Shown here piece after piece: positions 60,463 to 64,000 of a DNA stretch of 64,000 nt (positions are counted from its first letter, which is position 1; each line of letters opens with the position of its first letter). The stretch covers positions 7,041 through 71,040 of the forward strand of contig JAVBJR010000595.1 in NCBI GenBank assembly GCA_031546965.1. Reading direction: 5' to 3'. A program made the translations under genes and the position numbers. The notes beneath the pieces were generated by a model. The model was not told where the DNA came from. It searched no databases and saw only the letters and a program-made list of their open reading frames with translations. The DNA comes from Dysgonomonas sp. GTDB lineage: Bacteria; Bacteroidota; Bacteroidia; Bacteroidales; Dysgonomonadaceae.

Positions 60463-61449
60463 TTATTTGACGGCAGGCTGCACCCACTTAAAGATATAAG
60501 AGTCAGACGGAACTATTATCCGTTCCGATATTTTAGCCATACGTGCAGGAAGATTCATCAAGAAATCGCGGGCACGCTCGGCTTCGTCCGTCAATCCGGT
60601 AATTTTATCAATGTCCCACTTGTCGATAAGCTTCTGCATAATATCCACATAATCGGAGGCTGTGTACACGCCTATACGCTGTGCTGCATTAGAGAATTGC
60701 TCGAATGCTGTACTTATTTTCTGTCCCGACTCTCGAAGGAAATGTGCAGGCATCACAATTTTTTGTTTCATCATATACTGAAAAGCCACCATCATTTCAC
60801 TAGGGTCTACTTCAAATATTTTTTTTACAAACTCGCTATACGCATAATGATGACGCATTTCGTCGCTGGCAATACGTTTACACATCCTCGAAAGCTTATC
60901 GTCGCCCGCTTTTTTTGCAAGTTCTGCCACCCGATTGTGCGAAATAAAAGTTGCCAACTCCTGAAAACTGGTATACACAAAATTCTTATAAGGATCGCGT
61001 CCCGTACCAATATCAAAGCCATCACTTATAAGGTGCTGGGTGGTTTGCTCTATCTCCCGCATATTTACCCTTCCCGAGAGATAGAGGTATTTATTGAGCA
61101 AATCGCCATGTCGGTTTTCTTCACTTGTCCATTGTCTCACCCACTTTGCCCAACCGTTGCGTTCTACATTGTCTACTCCGTCAATTTCCATCAACCACGA
61201 TTCGTAAGTGGGCAAGGCTTCTTCGGTAATGGTATCGCCCACCAATACAACCCAAAAGTCGTACGGTAAGTCTTTTGCCAATTCACGCAGTTCTTTTACC
61301 TCCTCAAAAAATGTTTCTTTCTCCGAATTGGGCAAATAGTCGGTCGGCTGCCATATTTTCTCAACAGGAATTAAATACTGATCGATAAATGTATCGACAT
61401 TTTTTTCGAGAAAACGCATAACCTCAAGGCGAATATTTTTTATAGACAT
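60463..61449 (-). CDS. Soluble acyl-ACP desaturase (di-iron, FA_desaturase_2)
   Basis: WQPTDYLP, ITEEALPTY, WTSEENRHG, YTSFQELAT..SH, DEMRH, MPAH. Confidence 0.93.
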   Translation of the reverse strand: MSIKNIRLEVMRFLEKNVDTFIDQYLIPVEKIWQPTDYLPNSEKETFFEEVKELRELAKDLPYDFWVVLVGDTITEEALPTYESWLMEIDGVDNVERNGWAKWVRQWTSEENRHGDLLNKYLYLSGRVNMREIEQTTQHLISDGFDIGTGRDPYKNFVYTSFQELATFISHNRVAELAKKAGDDKLSRMCKRIASDEMRHHYAYSEFVKKIFEVDPSEMMVAFQYMMKQKIVMPAHFLRESGQKISTAFEQFSNAAQRIGVYTASDYVDIMQKLIDKWDIDKITGLTDEAERARDFLMNLPARMAKISERIIVPSDSYIFKWVQPAVK

Positions 61450-61859
61450 TGTATAGAATTATTAGAAGTGAAAATCTCAAAGCTATTCGTCCCTTTCAAA
61501 AGCGGATAGCCAAAGACAGTTATTATATATAAGATGAATAGTAAAGTTAGGATTATTTGTAAATCACCATTCATAAGACTTTTATTTCAAGATCTTATGT
61601 CTTTTTTTCTGTAAAAAACATTATAAATACAGGAGGTGAAAAATTATAGATAGAGTTTTTTTACCAACAACTAAATACCAATAAGCAACTTATTACAAAT
61701 GATTTACAGCAACAAAAACAATGAAAACAAAGGGTACAACTAATAAAAATCATCTTTAACTCTGACTTAATATAGGCATACCTAAGGCTCATCTATTTTA
61801 TCTATATTAAAACAACAAAATCGACAGAAATGTTCCCGCCGATTACATATTATTTTTTT

Positions 61860-61881
61860 GGCGAACGCAATTCGCCCCTAC
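61860..61881. repeat. GTAG-type REP
   Basis: GGCGAACGCAATTCGCCCCTAC just after the acyltransferase stop. Confidence 0.75.
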
Positions 61882-61887
61882 CACAAC

Positions 61888-62622
61888 TTATACAACAATG
61901 CTTTCTGTGACCTCTCGTTCTACCCTTTCGAACACCTCATTAAATGGCATGTTTTTTATAGCAAAGGGCTTATGAATAGTGAATATCAATTTATTACCTA
62001 ATCCCATAGGGAAATTACCCCATTTGGTCATCTTCCACGAATTATTGATGGTTACAGGAACCATATAGGCAGAGGGTGCATATTTGCAAAGTATCTTTAA
62101 TCCATTCTCGGCAAAAGGTCGGGGGGTTCCCGTTTTGGTTCTTGTGCCTTCGGGAAAAATTACAGCGGTACGTTTGGTCGTTTCGATATAATCTGCCATT
62201 TGTTTGATAGCCGACAGCGATTGTTTCGCTTCTTTCCGGTCAATAAGCACCGAGCCTCCATGATTCAAGTTGTAAGATATACTGGGAATGCCTTTCCCTA
62301 ATTCTATTTTACTGATAAATTTAGGGTGTACTTTCCGCATAAACCATAAAATTCCCGAAATATCGTATAAACTTTGGTGATTGGCTACTATAATAATAGG
62401 GACTCCCTCCGGCAGGTTTTCGAGATTCTCAATCTTATAAGTTGTACCCAACAGGTAGGTACTGCCCACTAAAAACAAGTTCAAGATATCAACACTTTTC
62501 TTGTGAGCATTATACCCAAACCAGTTAAAACATATCCATTGGATGGGATGAAAAACGAGTAAAGCCAGTAAAAATAATAGGCAGTAAACTACCGAAAGTG
62601 GATACGATATTAGTTTTTGCAT
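61888..62622 (-). CDS. Lysophospholipid acyltransferase (PlsC family)
   Basis: ANHQSLYD (HX4D), ISKIEL, IFPEGTRTK, PVTIN. Confidence 0.93.
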   Translation of the reverse strand: MQKLISYPLSVVYCLLFLLALLVFHPIQWICFNWFGYNAHKKSVDILNLFLVGSTYLLGTTYKIENLENLPEGVPIIIVANHQSLYDISGILWFMRKVHPKFISKIELGKGIPSISYNLNHGGSVLIDRKEAKQSLSAIKQMADYIETTKRTAVIFPEGTRTKTGTPRPFAENGLKILCKYAPSAYMVPVTINNSWKMTKWGNFPMGLGNKLIFTIHKPFAIKNMPFNEVFERVEREVTESIVV

Positions 62623-62892
62623 AATTCATACATTCAAGAATATTCAAAATTAGCAAAAAGAATATTAACTGAAAATATAAAAATATAAAAATAAATATCA
62701 CCTATTTTAGGTATAAAATTGTCAATAAGACAAATTGAATATACTCCCTGTATTACAATTACACAAATCAATACACATATATAGGTATCAACAGCCGTTT
62801 ATTGGCACGAAAATACCTACTAGTTGCGATTGCATAAATTACCCGAAAAGTATAATTTCACGACTTCAAAAAAAGACATAATAAATTCAACA

Positions 62893-64000
62893 ATGAATTC
62901 TAAATTATCTAAATTTTATTTATTCTGCATTCTTCTCACTTCTCTTGCTTACCAGTCAGCACATTCGGCTACACAACAGCAATCGAAAGGCATTATTACA
63001 GGACGAGTTGTAGACTCTAACAAAAAGCCTGTTTATCCTGCAACCATATCGATTGAAGGTGTTGCTATTGGCGAATATACGGACGAAAATGGTGAGTATA
63101 AAGTAGAAAATATGCCTGCCGGAAAACAAACTCTTGTAGTGTCGGGGGTAGGTGTAAAATCAAAAAAAACTGACATTACGGTTATAGCCAACAAAACGAC
63201 CCGAATATCGGATATCGAAGTAGATAACTCTGTAAACCTCAACGAAGTGGCTGTACTTGGCAAAAGCGAAGCCCGCCAGCAACAAGAACAGGCTTTTGCT
63301 ATAAGCGTAGTAGACCTCAAAAGGGCACAAACCATATCTATCCCTCTAAACCGACTTCTGAACAATGTGTCGGGCGTACGTGTACGTCAAGACGGAGGTG
63401 TAGGCTCGGACTATAATTTCAGCTTAAACGGGTTCTCGGGCAATCAGGTAAAATTCTTTTTGGACGGAATACCGATGGATAATTTCGGTTCCTCGTTCAA
63501 TCTCAATACCATATCTACCAACATGGCAGAACGTGTAGAAATTTACAAAGGTGTACTCCCCGTGAGCTTGGGAGCCGATGCTTTGGGCGGAGCCGTAAAT
63601 ATTGTAAGCCGCAAAGATGCCAATTATTTGGACGCTTCTTACTCCATAGGATCTTTTAATACACACAGAGCTGCTATAAACGGTGCATACACCGATCTTA
63701 ATACCGGATTTACAGTACGCGCAAATGCGTTTTATAATTACTCCGACAATAGCTACAAAGTTTTTGCTCCTATTAAAGATTTAAGCACAAATAAAATAGT
63801 AGACGAACGTTGGGTAAAACGTTTTCACGATAATTACGAATCGGGAGGTATCAGATTAGAAACCGGAGTTACCAACAAATCGTATGCCGACTATTTACTT
63901 GCAGGTGTTATTGTATCGAAAGACAATAAAGATGTACAAACCGGAGCTATAATGGATGTTGTATATGGTGGTGTAACAGCTAGAAGCGGATCGATAATAC
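62893..64000 (+). CDS. TonB-dependent receptor, non-SusC type (3' end runs off the window)
   Basis: Not in the ORF track. Manual translation MNSKLSKFYLFCILL...LNEVAVLG...GVRVRQDGGVGS.YNFSLNGFSG.QVKFFLDGIP...ERVEIYKG.LP..LGADALGGAVNIV. Confidence 0.93.
   Translation, partial: MNSKLSKFYLFCILLTSLAYQSAHSATQQQSKGIITGRVVDSNKKPVYPATISIEGVAIGEYTDENGEYKVENMPAGKQTLVVSGVGVKSKKTDITVIANKTTRISDIEVDNSVNLNEVAVLGKSEARQQQEQAFAISVVDLKRAQTISIPLNRLLNNVSGVRVRQDGGVGSDYNFSLNGFSGNQVKFFLDGIPMDNFGSSFNLNTISTNMAERVEIYKGVLPVSLGADALGGAVNIVSRKDANYLDASYSIGSFNTHRAAINGAYTDLNTGFTVRANAFYNYSDNSYKVFAPIKDLSTNKIVDERWVKRFHDNYESGGIRLETGVTNKSYADYLLAGVIVSKDNKDVQTGAIMDVVYGGVTARSGSII

Overview
Chromosomal window from a Bacteroidales bacterium; gene content and style suggest Dysgonomonas or a close relative (inference). 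It is mostly housekeeping and envelope genes: rhomboid, glutaminyl cyclase, sufE, rnpA/yidD, galE, secDF, tRNA-Met, manA, hemH, gldH/ricT/holB, metF, rseP, dxr, spt, acyl-ACP desaturase and an acyltransferase. Two glycan loci are present: a complete SusC/SusD PUL with GH3 + GH144 + GH43 + esterase (beta-1,2-glucan type) and a SusC/D-less GH43/unknown/GH43/GH2 cluster. No integrase, transposase, phage gene, rRNA or CRISPR array was recognised. The strongest leads are: (1) a full-length GH2 in which both catalytic glutamates are replaced (NE->NT, GEYGG->GGYGG); (2) a tldD - Tsx-like DUF5020 channel - NCS2 nucleobase permease - tldE operon; (3) an AT-rich ABC-ATPase + DUF4276 TOPRIM-like pair with PARIS-like architecture; (4) an unassigned 671-aa secreted protein inside the GH43/GH2 cluster; (5) a RicT/PSP1 with a 14-Cys metallothionein-like N-terminus. 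Intergenic DNA carries three repeat families (GTAG-type REPs, CCCTCTCC long palindromes, heptamer arrays), and there is a rearrangement scar downstream of secDF. All family assignments come from motif recognition by eye; no database search was run.
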